The position numbers were made by a program, and so were the translations under genes. The notes under the pieces are model-generated. The model made no database searches. It worked only from the letters and a program-made list of their open reading frames with translations, and had not been told where the DNA came from. This document shows positions 29,059 to 38,186 of a stretch of 64,000 nt of DNA, piece after piece. Numbering within the stretch: the stretch's first letter is position 1; each line of letters begins with the position of its first letter. This DNA comes from Desulfatiglandales bacterium. GTDB taxonomy: Bacteria > Desulfobacterota > DSM-4660 > Desulfatiglandales > Desulfatiglandaceae. The stretch spans positions 1,152,001 to 1,216,000 of the forward strand of contig OY759599.1 in the NCBI GenBank assembly GCA_963662465.1, given 5' to 3'.

Positions 29059-31494
29059 TTAAACCTTGTCCCGCAGTCTAAGGGCGAGCATTGTCATGGC
29101 GACAAAACTGAAAATATAGATCCCAATCACCAGAAACAGAACGGATTCCTTTTCCATTGAACGATCGCCAAAAAACCGACTGCTGTAGGGATTCGAATGG
29201 CGTACGGAAGCTGAAGTTTGATCAGCACTGTTTGAGATTTTCGTTTGTTTATTGGTTTCCTCACTTTCTTTTCCTGAGTCCTCAATCCGGATGACATGCT
29301 CAAAAGCCCACCGGGAAGGAACAAAGCGAGAGAGAAAATGGGCCGAATCACCCATGTCTTTTACGGACAGCATGGCGCCGCCCAATATCACCATGGGCAG
29401 CAAAACCAGGGGGACAATGGCAATTGCCGCCTGTTGAGTTCTGGTGACGGACGATAGGAAAAGGCCAATGCTCAGGCCGGCAAGGGATGCCAGGAAGGTA
29501 ACCCACAGCATCCCGGAAAAAGATCCTTTAAGCTGAACCGACGGATGGATAATGCCCACCAGGACAGCACACTGAAAAAGGCAAAAACACCCCAGCACCA
29601 TATATTTTGAAAGAACATAAGCGGATATCTTCAGATTCACCATCCGTTCCCTCGTATATATGGCTTTTTCCGCAACAACCTCACGGACGGAATTTGATAT
29701 TCCGAACCAGAGGGCCGCGATAACGACCAAAAAAAGTGGGATCGCTGCTTGGTTGTTATCTCCTTTTCCGTGAAAAACAACTGAAACCAGGATTGCAATT
29801 ACGGGCGCTTGTAAAAGAAGAATCCCCGTATTGACATGGTCTTTTCGTTTGACGGTGAAAAACCGGGATGTGAGGGTCCACCATTGTTTTATCAAAAAAT
29901 CAAATGAGATCGGCTGCTTGCTGTTTTCGGGTCTCCGGGAAGCGGCAACATAGTCCTTCCGATCCTCAACATACTGCTTGAAATAGATGGAATTATGGTA
30001 TTCCGCCGCCCATTCCCGCTCATGGCGCAAAGACAACCCCTTCAAGGTATTGTCCGCATTTTCAACTATTTTTTCATGCGGTTGACCGGGATTAAAGAAG
30101 GTGATGGAATCTGGATAGGCTGGTCCGTAGTACATGAGCCTCCCACAGGAAAGAATAATTAAATTATCTAATTTTTTATAGATTTCAAGGCTCGGTTGAT
30201 GGATCACCAGGATGATTGTCTTTCCCTTATTGGCCAAACCGCGAAGGACGTCCATTACGTTAACGGCGTCCTCTGATGAAAGTCCCGATGTCGGTTCATC
30301 GAGAAAAAGCAGGCTCGGATCGGTCAAAAGCTCCATGGCCAGATTCAGCCGCTTCCGTTGCCCGCCGCTGATTCCCTTTGTTTCAGCGGAGCCGATGATG
30401 ACATTTCTAATATCGATGTTTCTTTTGGCATCCATCAGGCCGAGCTGCGTCAGGACGCTAACAATGCGAACACGGATTTCTTTTTCGGTTGTATCGATTG
30501 GAAGACGAAGCTTTGCAGTATAATAAAGAGCTTCAAAAACAGTCAGTTCCGGGTGGAGAATATCATCCTGGGGCACATAGCCGATACAGGTCCTGAACGT
30601 ATTATAGCTGGCGTAAAGAGACTGTCCGTTGACAAGAGAACGACCTGATTGCGGTGGCAGATATCCGTTCAGGGCAAGGAGCAGGGTCGTTTTTCCTGAT
30701 CCGGAAGGTCCCATCAAACCGACAAATTCGGAAGGATAAACGGTGAAGGATACCCCGCCCAGAAGCTTTTTGGCGGCACGAGCCTTCTTGTCGTAGACCT
30801 CGACGGTTATATCGTCGGCAGTCAGACGAATATCTCTGCGATAATCCCTTTTTTCAATCCGGTTGTTTGGGGTTAATGTGAAAGAGAAAGAGCTGATGGA
30901 AATTGTATCTCGTTCGGTTACAGAGCATGCGTTTATTCTAAGGCCATTCAGATATGTTCCGTTGGTGCTGGCAAGATCCTCAAGAAAAAAAACACCTTCC
31001 TTGATAATGAGCCTTGCATGATGCCAGGAAACCTGCGGGTAATCCAGACATATCGTGCAAGCGGGATCTCTTCCAATAATCGTTTCCCGCTCTAATATAC
31101 TTATAGCTTGAGGATCACTGGCACCGACAGGAGCGCCCGTTCCCGTTCCTATAATACGATTCAAATCAAGTGCTAGTTGATGGGTGCCCAGATGGATCGC
31201 ATCTCCAGGATTAAGCGGGAGCTTCTTAAAAGGGGGAATTCTGCCGCGGTTCAGATAGGTACCGTTGGTGCTTTCTAAATCCTCGATAAACAGATTGCCG
31301 CCCAGCAAAACAATGCGACAGTGTTGCGCTGAAACCATGGGATAATCTTCGACAATGTCGTTATGGAAGTCCCGTCCTATATTCCAAATTCGACCATTGC
31401 CCTTACGTATTGGTTTAGATCCGCAATAGCTGCAAAAGGTTGAATCGGGGTCAATTTGTTTCCCACACGTTGAACAGATCATTTCAAATTCCAA
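29059..31494 (-). CDS. Zinc-ribbon + 2xFHA + ABC ATPase + ABC2 permease (Rv1747-like architecture)
   Basis: Two FHA (GR...S..H...STNGT), GPSGSGKT, ISGGQRKR, LDEPT, C-terminal TMs. Confidence 0.92.
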   Translation of the reverse strand: MEFEMICSTCGKQIDPDSTFCSYCGSKPIRKGNGRIWNIGRDFHNDIVEDYPMVSAQHCRIVLLGGNLFIEDLESTNGTYLNRGRIPPFKKLPLNPGDAIHLGTHQLALDLNRIIGTGTGAPVGASDPQAISILERETIIGRDPACTICLDYPQVSWHHARLIIKEGVFFLEDLASTNGTYLNGLRINACSVTERDTISISSFSFTLTPNNRIEKRDYRRDIRLTADDITVEVYDKKARAAKKLLGGVSFTVYPSEFVGLMGPSGSGKTTLLLALNGYLPPQSGRSLVNGQSLYASYNTFRTCIGYVPQDDILHPELTVFEALYYTAKLRLPIDTTEKEIRVRIVSVLTQLGLMDAKRNIDIRNVIIGSAETKGISGGQRKRLNLAMELLTDPSLLFLDEPTSGLSSEDAVNVMDVLRGLANKGKTIILVIHQPSLEIYKKLDNLIILSCGRLMYYGPAYPDSITFFNPGQPHEKIVENADNTLKGLSLRHEREWAAEYHNSIYFKQYVEDRKDYVAASRRPENSKQPISFDFLIKQWWTLTSRFFTVKRKDHVNTGILLLQAPVIAILVSVVFHGKGDNNQAAIPLFLVVIAALWFGISNSVREVVAEKAIYTRERMVNLKISAYVLSKYMVLGCFCLFQCAVLVGIIHPSVQLKGSFSGMLWVTFLASLAGLSIGLFLSSVTRTQQAAIAIVPLVLLPMVILGGAMLSVKDMGDSAHFLSRFVPSRWAFEHVIRIEDSGKESEETNKQTKISNSADQTSASVRHSNPYSSRFFGDRSMEKESVLFLVIGIYIFSFVAMTMLALRLRDKV

Positions 31495-31845
31495 CGAAGG
31501 CGAAGAAAGTGTACGATAAATTTGTTTTAACCAGAAATGCCCGTTAATTTAGAATATTTTTATTATGTCTTTACAATAACTATTTTATATTAAAGGTTTT
31601 TTTGTGCAAGTTACCAGCGGATTAAAACAGTCATCTTTCTTCCAATGAGTCCAATAGCTTGGGCAAAAGAATAAATTCATCGTGGAAGAAAGCGAATTTT
31701 AGTTGATTTCTCACTAGGTAATTAATATGAATAAATACTATTGTCAAACGGGAAGTGCTACGTCGCACATTATTTGACCGAAAAAGTATCGAAATAAGTG
31801 ACCTTATTTTGTCCCTATAGGGCGGTAAATATTCGGCTTAGGCCT

Positions 31846-32026
31846 ACATGATTCAATTTTTCAACAATGCTCAAAAAAAGGGGAGGGGAGTGGTGGGCCA
31901 TCCCGCACCGCATGAAAAGCAGGATTCAATCCCAGGCTCGGGCTCAGGCCCTGATCAAGATTCCGGAAGGGGAGGAATGCTTCGCGCCCGGAAATATCAT
32001 CGAGGTACAGGTGTTTTTTTAAGGAT
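31846..32026 (+). pseudogene. moeA: Displaced moeA 3' fragment (copy 2 of direct repeat)
   Basis: Encodes KRGGEWWAIPHRMKSRIQSQARAQALIKIPEGEECFAPGNIIEVQVFF*, matching the MoeA C-terminus; 5' edge degraded. Confidence 0.88.
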
Positions 32027-32035
32027 ACGAAGACC

Positions 32036-33058
32036 ATGAACACTAACTGTAAAATATCGACTCGTCAGGAAACCGGCCTCATACAGGTTTACACAATCCC
32101 TTCAAAAAAACCCAATTATGCCCCCTTTGGTCTGGCCCTTCGCGCCTCAGGCTATGGGCTTCGTACGCTCATTACACGCTTTGCTCCCCATGACCTTATG
32201 GGTGGAGAAGAACAGGCCTGTGCGGTTCTTGCTCCAAACCTGGTGATTGACGCCACAGCCCTGGAGGGTTTCGATATTATAGAAGGAAGGGCAAAGGTTG
32301 CCTTTCAAAAAGCCGGAACCATCGCTGTGTCCGGCGCCTATGACATCGTGGTCCTGGACGGTGTCCTTGATTTGGTTTCAAGAGGCGTGGTTTCGTTGTA
32401 TGAGATCCTTGGGTTGATGCGGGAAAAAGCGGCCCACGTGGAGTTGGTGCTGACGGGATCTGAAGCTGCGGGTGAGATCATGGAGGGGGCTCATCTGGTC
32501 ACGGAAATGACGGTGCGGACGCCGGCCCGGGATGAAAATCCAGGCCCCATCGAAGTGGTGACAGGCAAGGGAAAAGGAAAGACCACCTACTGCCTGGGAA
32601 AGGCGCTTCTCATGAGCAGTATGAATGTGCCCTCCTTTATCCTTCAGGTTATCAAGTCTCCCAAGCCCTATGGAGAGGTCATGGCTATTAAAAATCTGCC
32701 CGCACTTGAGATTGAGACCATGGGAAAGGGGTTTGTAAACAAAGAAAATCCCGGTGCGGACCCCACCCATGAGGAAGCGGCGCGGGAAGCGTGGGAGCGG
32801 GGAAAAGAAATCATATTGTCTTCCCGCTACGGGCTGGTGGTTCTGGATGAAATCAATATTGCCGTAAATTATGGTTTTATTCACCCCCAAGAGGTTCAGG
32901 ATTTGCTCCTCAAGAAACCGAAGGCCGTGCATCTGCTGCTGGGTGGACGATATGCCCATCCCGACGTGATGGACGTTGCAACTGTGGTTATGGAAATGAA
33001 AGAGATCAAGCATCCCTTCAAGAATGGCGTTAAGGCGAGAAGGGGAATCGAATACTGA
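32036..33058 (+). CDS. cobO: Cob(I)yrinic acid a,c-diamide adenosyltransferase-like, tandem domains
   Basis: C-terminal domain TGKGKGKTT, LVVLDEI, KHPF..G..ARRGIEY; N-terminal degenerate copy. Confidence 0.8.
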   Translation: MNTNCKISTRQETGLIQVYTIPSKKPNYAPFGLALRASGYGLRTLITRFAPHDLMGGEEQACAVLAPNLVIDATALEGFDIIEGRAKVAFQKAGTIAVSGAYDIVVLDGVLDLVSRGVVSLYEILGLMREKAAHVELVLTGSEAAGEIMEGAHLVTEMTVRTPARDENPGPIEVVTGKGKGKTTYCLGKALLMSSMNVPSFILQVIKSPKPYGEVMAIKNLPALEIETMGKGFVNKENPGADPTHEEAAREAWERGKEIILSSRYGLVVLDEINIAVNYGFIHPQEVQDLLLKKPKAVHLLLGGRYAHPDVMDVATVVMEMKEIKHPFKNGVKARRGIEY

Positions 33059-33090
33059 GTTAAATATGAAGATTGGTGGGGGCTTTTAAA

Positions 33091-33426
33091 GTGCGAGAGT
33101 TGATTTCTATTGTGTCTTTTCTTATGGCCGTAATTGGCGGATTATCAACCATGTTTCATGAGGATAGAGACAAACAGACAATGGGTTCAATTGTCGCGGG
33201 TGTGTTTTTGCTCTCTTTTTTCATAAACGTCAGACAAGAACCTGTACTTATTCTCCAAATAGCCTGTATGGCGGCATTTGCAATGGCGGTAACAGGCGGG
33301 ATCGTCACGATCTTCAGTAACGATGAGAACAGACGAACAGGCGCCATTGGAACGGGGGTCGTCTCTTTGGGAACAACGCTGATAATCCTCTTTATGTACT
33401 TGGAATTCGGTCCAATTTTATTTTAG
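33091..33426 (+). CDS. Small 4-TM membrane protein
   Basis: Four hydrophobic segments with internal two-fold similarity. Confidence 0.6.
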   Translation: MRELISIVSFLMAVIGGLSTMFHEDRDKQTMGSIVAGVFLLSFFINVRQEPVLILQIACMAAFAMAVTGGIVTIFSNDENRRTGAIGTGVVSLGTTLIILFMYLEFGPILF

Positions 33427-33690
33427 CAACCCTTTTCCCGACAATAGATGGGGAACGCAAGGGCGTGGTGGATATCCGTTGGATGGCTTTATGAAACCGG
33501 AAATTATAAGAAAAAATGCCTAAAAAAAATAAATAGCTTGCTTTCTCAATATAAAGTGTTACCATTGGAAGATCAATACGGACCCACCTGCAGTTTGTGG
33601 GGTGGTTTTTTCTGAAGGAACAGATTATTTTTCAGTGTCATATCCTCCAGTCTAAAATATTGAGCAATTTATAGAAAGGAGGATATTACT

Positions 33691-33891
33691 ATGAGTAACG
33701 GAACAGTGAAGTGGTTTAACGACCAAAAAGGATTCGGCTTTATCGAGCAGGAAAATGGACCCGATGTGTTTGTTCATCATTCAGCGATCAATGCAAGCGG
33801 CTTTAAAAGTCTCAGCGAAGGTGATAGGGTTACCTTTGACATTGAACAAGGGCAAAAAGGCCCTTCCGCGGCAAATGTCACGGTAAGCTAG
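33691..33891 (+). CDS. csp: Cold-shock protein
   Basis: GTVKWFN, KGFGFI (RNP1), VFVHHS (RNP2); AGGAGG RBS. Confidence 0.97.
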   Translation: MSNGTVKWFNDQKGFGFIEQENGPDVFVHHSAINASGFKSLSEGDRVTFDIEQGQKGPSAANVTVS

Positions 33892-33918
33892 ATTTAGCAA
33901 TACCTGTAAAGAGTAAAG

Positions 33919-33956
33919 AAAGGGCATGCTCCCAAGCTTGGGAGCATGCCCTTTTT
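33919..33956. terminator. Intrinsic terminator, perfect 36-bp palindrome
   Basis: AAAGGGCATGCTCCCAAG|CTTGGGAGCATGCCCTTT between convergent genes. Confidence 0.8.
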
Positions 33957-34030
33957 GCTGTTTTAGGCATTCGCAAAACCGCCCATTAAAAGACGTGCGT
34001 CCGACATGGTGTTGATCTCCCAAAAAGAGT

Positions 34031-34520
34031 TTACATTGAGAAAAATGGGTTTACGATAAAATACAGTCCCATACATCCGATGAGACCCCCAGCCCCTTTT
34101 CGAAACCAGTTGCCGGCCCCCTGCCAGCGGTTGTTTTCCAACACCCGCTGGACCGCTGCGGTGGAACTTCCCGCCGCCACAATGGAAAGACAGTGCCCGA
34201 CGGCAAAGAGCAGGATTAACATCATGCCCGTGGCCACCTTCTCCTGAACCGTGACAATGGCCAGGATGGGGGCGATGAATCCGAAGGTGCAGGAGCCGGA
34301 CAGGATTCCGTAGGCCAGACCCAGCACCAGTGCCCCCAACATGCCGCGAAGTTTAACCCTGGAGAGGAGATTTCCGGACATGACGCATTTTTCAACGCCG
34401 AGCATGCCCAGTGCTACCCAGACCAGGACCAGACCCAGCAGGATCTGGCAGTAGTTGCCCACGTCTCCCAGCATCCTCCCCAGCAAGGCGCAGATGATGC
34501 CGATGAACGCGATGGAGGGG
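34031..34520 (-). pseudogene. ccdA: CcdA/DsbD-type disulfide transporter, N-terminus deleted
   Basis: Retains SGSCTFGF (second Cys); reading frame begins mid-TM (SIAFIGIIC) just after the thioredoxin stop; no start or first PC motif. Confidence 0.7.
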
Positions 34521-34526
34521 TATCCT

Positions 34527-34943
34527 TCAACTGATCCCCATCTTTTTCAACTGGGAAACAATCTCCGCTTCTCCCATGAACCCGGTATGGCGGTAGACTT
34601 CCCTGCCGTTTTTATCAAAAAATATCTGGGTGGGGATAGCGCTGATGCCGAAACGTTTGGCCGGTTCCTTGTCCTTCCAGACATCGATGAATACGATAGC
34701 CGCCTTTCCTCGATAGACTTTTTCGAGCCTGGTGATGATGGGCATCATCATTTTGCAGGGAATGCAGGCGTCCGCGCCCAGATCCACCAGGGTCGCCATC
34801 CCCTTGACCGGAACAACGCCGGTGGGTTGCGGATGGGATACCTGGGGTTCCTCGGATGAGCAGCCGTAAGACAAAAGGCCCATGAACCCCAGAAGCAGCA
34901 AGCGGTACAATTTTTTTTTGATATTACCCTTCACCGTATTCAC
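34527..34943 (-). CDS. Thioredoxin-family lipoprotein
   Basis: Lipobox-like SYGC, CIPC active site, cis-Pro IPT. Confidence 0.88.
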   Translation of the reverse strand: MNTVKGNIKKKLYRLLLLGFMGLLSYGCSSEEPQVSHPQPTGVVPVKGMATLVDLGADACIPCKMMMPIITRLEKVYRGKAAIVFIDVWKDKEPAKRFGISAIPTQIFFDKNGREVYRHTGFMGEAEIVSQLKKMGIS

Positions 34944-34974
34944 CCTCTTTCATAAATTGTTCAATGACCTTTGT

Positions 34975-35208
34975 TTATTTGCTGATCCATCCCTTGATGT
35001 CATCCTTTGAAGGGACCTTGCCAACGCATTTAACCTCCCCGTCCACCACCACGGCGGGGGTCATGAAAACGCCATGTTTGGCAATTTCCATGACGTTTTT
35101 GACCTTGATCACGGAGGCCTCTACATTTAACGTCTGTATCACTTCTTTGACCCGTGTTTCCGTTTGCTCGCATTTGGGGCATCCCGGTCCCAGCACTTTG
35201 ATTTCCAT
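34975..35208 (-). CDS. Small redox-active disulfide protein (thioredoxin-like)
   Basis: IKVLGPGCPKC, TPAVVVDG. Confidence 0.9.
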   Translation of the reverse strand: MEIKVLGPGCPKCEQTETRVKEVIQTLNVEASVIKVKNVMEIAKHGVFMTPAVVVDGEVKCVGKVPSKDDIKGWISK

Positions 35209-35250
35209 AATTGTATTCCTTTCTTTCCGTGATTTAGAAATTTTAAAGAT

Positions 35251-36423
35251 TTAACCCGCGATTGCGCCATAAATCATTCCCGCAATGGTACTCAAAATAA
35301 CGATGATCGTGCAGAAAACCGCCGTCTTTTTAGCCCCCATGACGCCTCCGATGACCAGCATGTTGGGCAGGGAGAGGGCTGGCCCCGCCAGCAAAAGGGA
35401 GAGGGCCGGGCCCTTTCCCATGCCCGCGCCCAGAAGCCCTTGAAGGATGGGCACTTCCGTGAGGGTGGCAAAGTACATGAGTGCGCCGGAGACTGCGGCA
35501 AAAAGGTTCGCCCACAGGGAGTTTCCGCCCACAAGGTTCTCGATATACTGATCGGGGATCAGGGCCGGATGTCCGGGCCTGCCCAGCATGAATCCCGCCA
35601 CCAGGACCCCGGCACCCAGAAGGGGAAAGATCTGTTTCATAAAGCCCCAGGTGGACTGGACCCAGATGACGCGTTCTTCCTTGATGAACCAGGCTTTAAG
35701 CATAAACCCCAAAATGACCAGGAGCCCAGCGGTAATGACCCATTTGGCGGCGAAGATAGCAGGCCATAAGCCAGTGGACCCTTCGGCCGGTCTGGCAAAG
35801 GCGGCAAAGATTAAAATCAGCACCATGGTGAGCATGAAAAGGGCATCCTGGGCAAGGGTTCGTCCGGTTCCCTCGTCATCGGGCAAAAATATTTCTCCCT
35901 TGGCTCTGGCTGCGTCGTCTTTTCGAAAGATAAAAGCCATCAGCAGACCGGTGATGACGGCAAAGAGGACCGCGCCGATGGCTCGGGCCAGTCCCAGTTG
36001 CCAGCCCAGGATCCGGGCCGTGAGTACGATAGCCAGCACGTTAATGGCCGGACCCGAATAGAGAAAGGCCGTTGCGGGACCGATGCCGGCGCCGCGTGAA
36101 TAAATCCCCGCAAAAAGAGGGAGTACGGTGCAGGAACAGACCGCAAGCACCGTTCCCGAAACAGAGGCCACCGAATAGGAGAGAATTTTCCTGGCGGTGG
36201 CGCCGAAGTATTTGAGGACGGATGCCTGACTTACGAATACTGCGATTCCACCCGCGATGAAGAATGCGGGGATAAGACAGGTAAGTACATGTTGACGGGC
36301 GTATTCCTGGAGCATCATGAAGGCCTCCAGGCCGGACCGGCGAATGACGGGGCTTGCCCAGGGCACGTAGTAGGCGGCGCCGAAGATCAATATAATCAAG
36401 AGCAGTTTCCATTTTTCCTTCAT
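35251..36423 (-). CDS. ArsP/DUF318-type permease
   Basis: VCSCTVLP, YFATLTEVP, GPALSLP. Confidence 0.88.
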   Translation of the reverse strand: MKEKWKLLLIILIFGAAYYVPWASPVIRRSGLEAFMMLQEYARQHVLTCLIPAFFIAGGIAVFVSQASVLKYFGATARKILSYSVASVSGTVLAVCSCTVLPLFAGIYSRGAGIGPATAFLYSGPAINVLAIVLTARILGWQLGLARAIGAVLFAVITGLLMAFIFRKDDAARAKGEIFLPDDEGTGRTLAQDALFMLTMVLILIFAAFARPAEGSTGLWPAIFAAKWVITAGLLVILGFMLKAWFIKEERVIWVQSTWGFMKQIFPLLGAGVLVAGFMLGRPGHPALIPDQYIENLVGGNSLWANLFAAVSGALMYFATLTEVPILQGLLGAGMGKGPALSLLLAGPALSLPNMLVIGGVMGAKKTAVFCTIIVILSTIAGMIYGAIAG

Positions 36424-36519
36424 GACGCTTCCTCCCGATGCTGTTTAATAATCTTGGAATAGGTTTTTTTAATGCGTAAATAACAATTTAGTAATATTTA
36501 AACCCCAAAAAAAAACAGG

Positions 36520-36833
36520 CTACCGTTTGCAGATATCCACCCTGTTGATAAACGGGAGCCGATCCACCAGGCGGGAAACCTCATCATCTGTTTCCATCCA
36601 GTGACGAAGGTGCTGCCATCCGTAAGAAAGTAATCCACCCACAAACCGTCCTTCTTATAATCAACTAACCCGGCCCTTTCCAGAATCTTGAGATGCTTGC
36701 TGACGGTGGGCTGGGAAACCTGGAGGGCTTCCCGCAGTTCGCAGACGCACATGGAGCGGTGTTGAAGTATTTTTACGATCTTGACCCGATTGGGATCGGA
36801 AAGGGCTTTCATTACCTCGGTAAATCTTTTCAT
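36520..36833 (-). pseudogene. arsR: ArsR/SmtB regulator with frameshift near 36611
   Basis: KALSDPNR, MCVCEL, SQPTVSKHL; plausible C-terminus (LRHWMETDDEV...NRVDICKR*) is in another frame. Confidence 0.75.
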
Positions 36834-37006
36834 GTTGAACTCCTGAATTCTTTTTTTGGAATATAGTATCTGATGATCCGGCTGTCAAGATTTTTTTACC
36901 GGGATCTCGGCCATTTAAAAAAAAGGCCTAAAACAAATGGCCGGACCTTGCGGAACTGTCTCTTACTGTGATAGATTTAGAAAAGGGTGCAGTTGTTAAA
37001 CGTTAT

Positions 37007-37540
37007 TCAGGGCAGAAAAATGTTTTTACGGTAGTAGATCAGTTCGTCGATGGATTCCCGGATGTCGCTTAATGCCAGGTGTGTTTTTTTCTTTTCAAAC
37101 CGAGGAAGACAGGGATACCATCGTTTGAACAGTTCTTTGATGGCACTGACGTCGATGTTGCGGTAATGGAAGAAATTCTCCAACGTCGGCATGTGTTTCA
37201 CCAGAAAGCGGCGGTCCTGGCCGATGGAATTGCCGCAGAGAGGGGAATCGCCCTTTTTACAGTATTGGGAAAGGAACGAAAGGGTCTCCGTTTCGGCCTG
37301 GGCACAATTATAAGGGGAGGCCTTGATGCGATCCGTCAGCCCCGAGGCCTGGTGGTGTTCAAGACTCCAGGGTTCCATGGCGGACAGGACAGCATCGGGA
37401 TGGTTGATGGCGATGTCCGGTCCCTCGGCTACCACGTTGAGCTGGTCATCAGTTATAATGGATGCGATTTCTACGATCACGTAGGTTTCAGGATCCAGGC
37501 CGGTCATTTCCAGGTCGATCCAGATGAGATGTTTTGTCAC
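37007..37540 (-). CDS. orn: Oligoribonuclease
   Basis: WIDLEMTGL, CGNSIGQDRRFL, HLALSDIRES; GTG start after AGGAGG. Confidence 0.96.
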   Translation of the reverse strand: MTKHLIWIDLEMTGLDPETYVIVEIASIITDDQLNVVAEGPDIAINHPDAVLSAMEPWSLEHHQASGLTDRIKASPYNCAQAETETLSFLSQYCKKGDSPLCGNSIGQDRRFLVKHMPTLENFFHYRNIDVSAIKELFKRWYPCLPRFEKKKTHLALSDIRESIDELIYYRKNIFLP

Positions 37541-37554
37541 GGTTGCCTCCTGCG

Positions 37555-37607
37555 CTGTATAGTTTAAAAGTGAAAAGTGGACCACTTTTCACTTTTAAAC
37601 TATACAG
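37555..37607. repeat. 53-bp palindrome (26-bp perfect arms, 1-nt spacer), MITE-like
   Basis: CTGTATAGTTTAAAAGTGAAAAGTGG-A-CCACTTTTCACTTTTAAACTATACAG. Confidence 0.9.
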
Positions 37608-37663
37608 GTTCTTCGTGCCGGGGGCCAGAGATATTTAAAAAATGGGAAAGGAAGGAAATCGCT

Positions 37664-38059
37664 ATGAGCGAATCAAACCGGAAAGTTGAAGGTCTTAAGA
37701 AAGTCACCCTGCTTCTTGAGGCGGGGACCCATGAAAAGAAAATGGATTTGACGCCGGAGCCGGTCTCCTTCAGGCTTGTGGTGGGTGTTGGGCCCGAGGG
37801 ATATACGACCTTTGAATATGAGTTGTTGGGCAAGAAAGTGGGCGATATCCTTCGTTTTGAAATTCGGGGTTGGCGTTTTGATGAGATGTTCGGACGTCTG
37901 GCGATTCCCCTGCCTGAAAAGGTCAGGCATATGGACGTTTTTTTCATGAAAGCGACGGTCTATAACATTGAAGATGCGGATCAATCCGAGATTGTCCGGG
38001 CCATGGCCGGCCGCGTGACGGATTGCGGCGGTGGCGGCGGTTGTTGCGGCAAGCATTAA
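37664..38059 (+). CDS. Hypothetical protein, weakly SlyD/FKBP-like, Cys/Gly tail
   Basis: FEYELLGKKVGD segment; ends DCGGGGGCCGKH. Confidence 0.6.
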   Translation: MSESNRKVEGLKKVTLLLEAGTHEKKMDLTPEPVSFRLVVGVGPEGYTTFEYELLGKKVGDILRFEIRGWRFDEMFGRLAIPLPEKVRHMDVFFMKATVYNIEDADQSEIVRAMAGRVTDCGGGGGCCGKH

Positions 38060-38073
38060 CCATAAGGATCCTT

Positions 38074-38184
38074 GTAAACCCTCATGACAAGGGGATTTGC
38101 CACCCCCGCGGATGAAAATAACATCTACCGCTTTTAAGCTAACGGCTAATAGCTAACTGCTAACGGCTGTATTTTCATGGTAAA
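38074..38184 (+). repeat. ~110-bp intergenic repeat element, copy A
   Basis: Inverted homologue at 62708..62812; ATGAAAAT/ATTTTCAT inner IR; GCTAACN-like heptamers. Confidence 0.8.
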
Positions 38185-38186
38185 TT

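Larger units (their letters stand above)
14955..31845. mobile_element. ~17-kb genomic island inserted at moeA 3' end (no integrase inside)
   Basis: Bracketed by duplicated moeA 3' ends; defence-like and signalling cargo. Confidence 0.7.

Noticed and set aside
19535..31494. T6SS regulatory cluster or canonical TerY-P system
   Set aside because: No T6SS structural or ter genes; here vWA is exported and fused to FHA.
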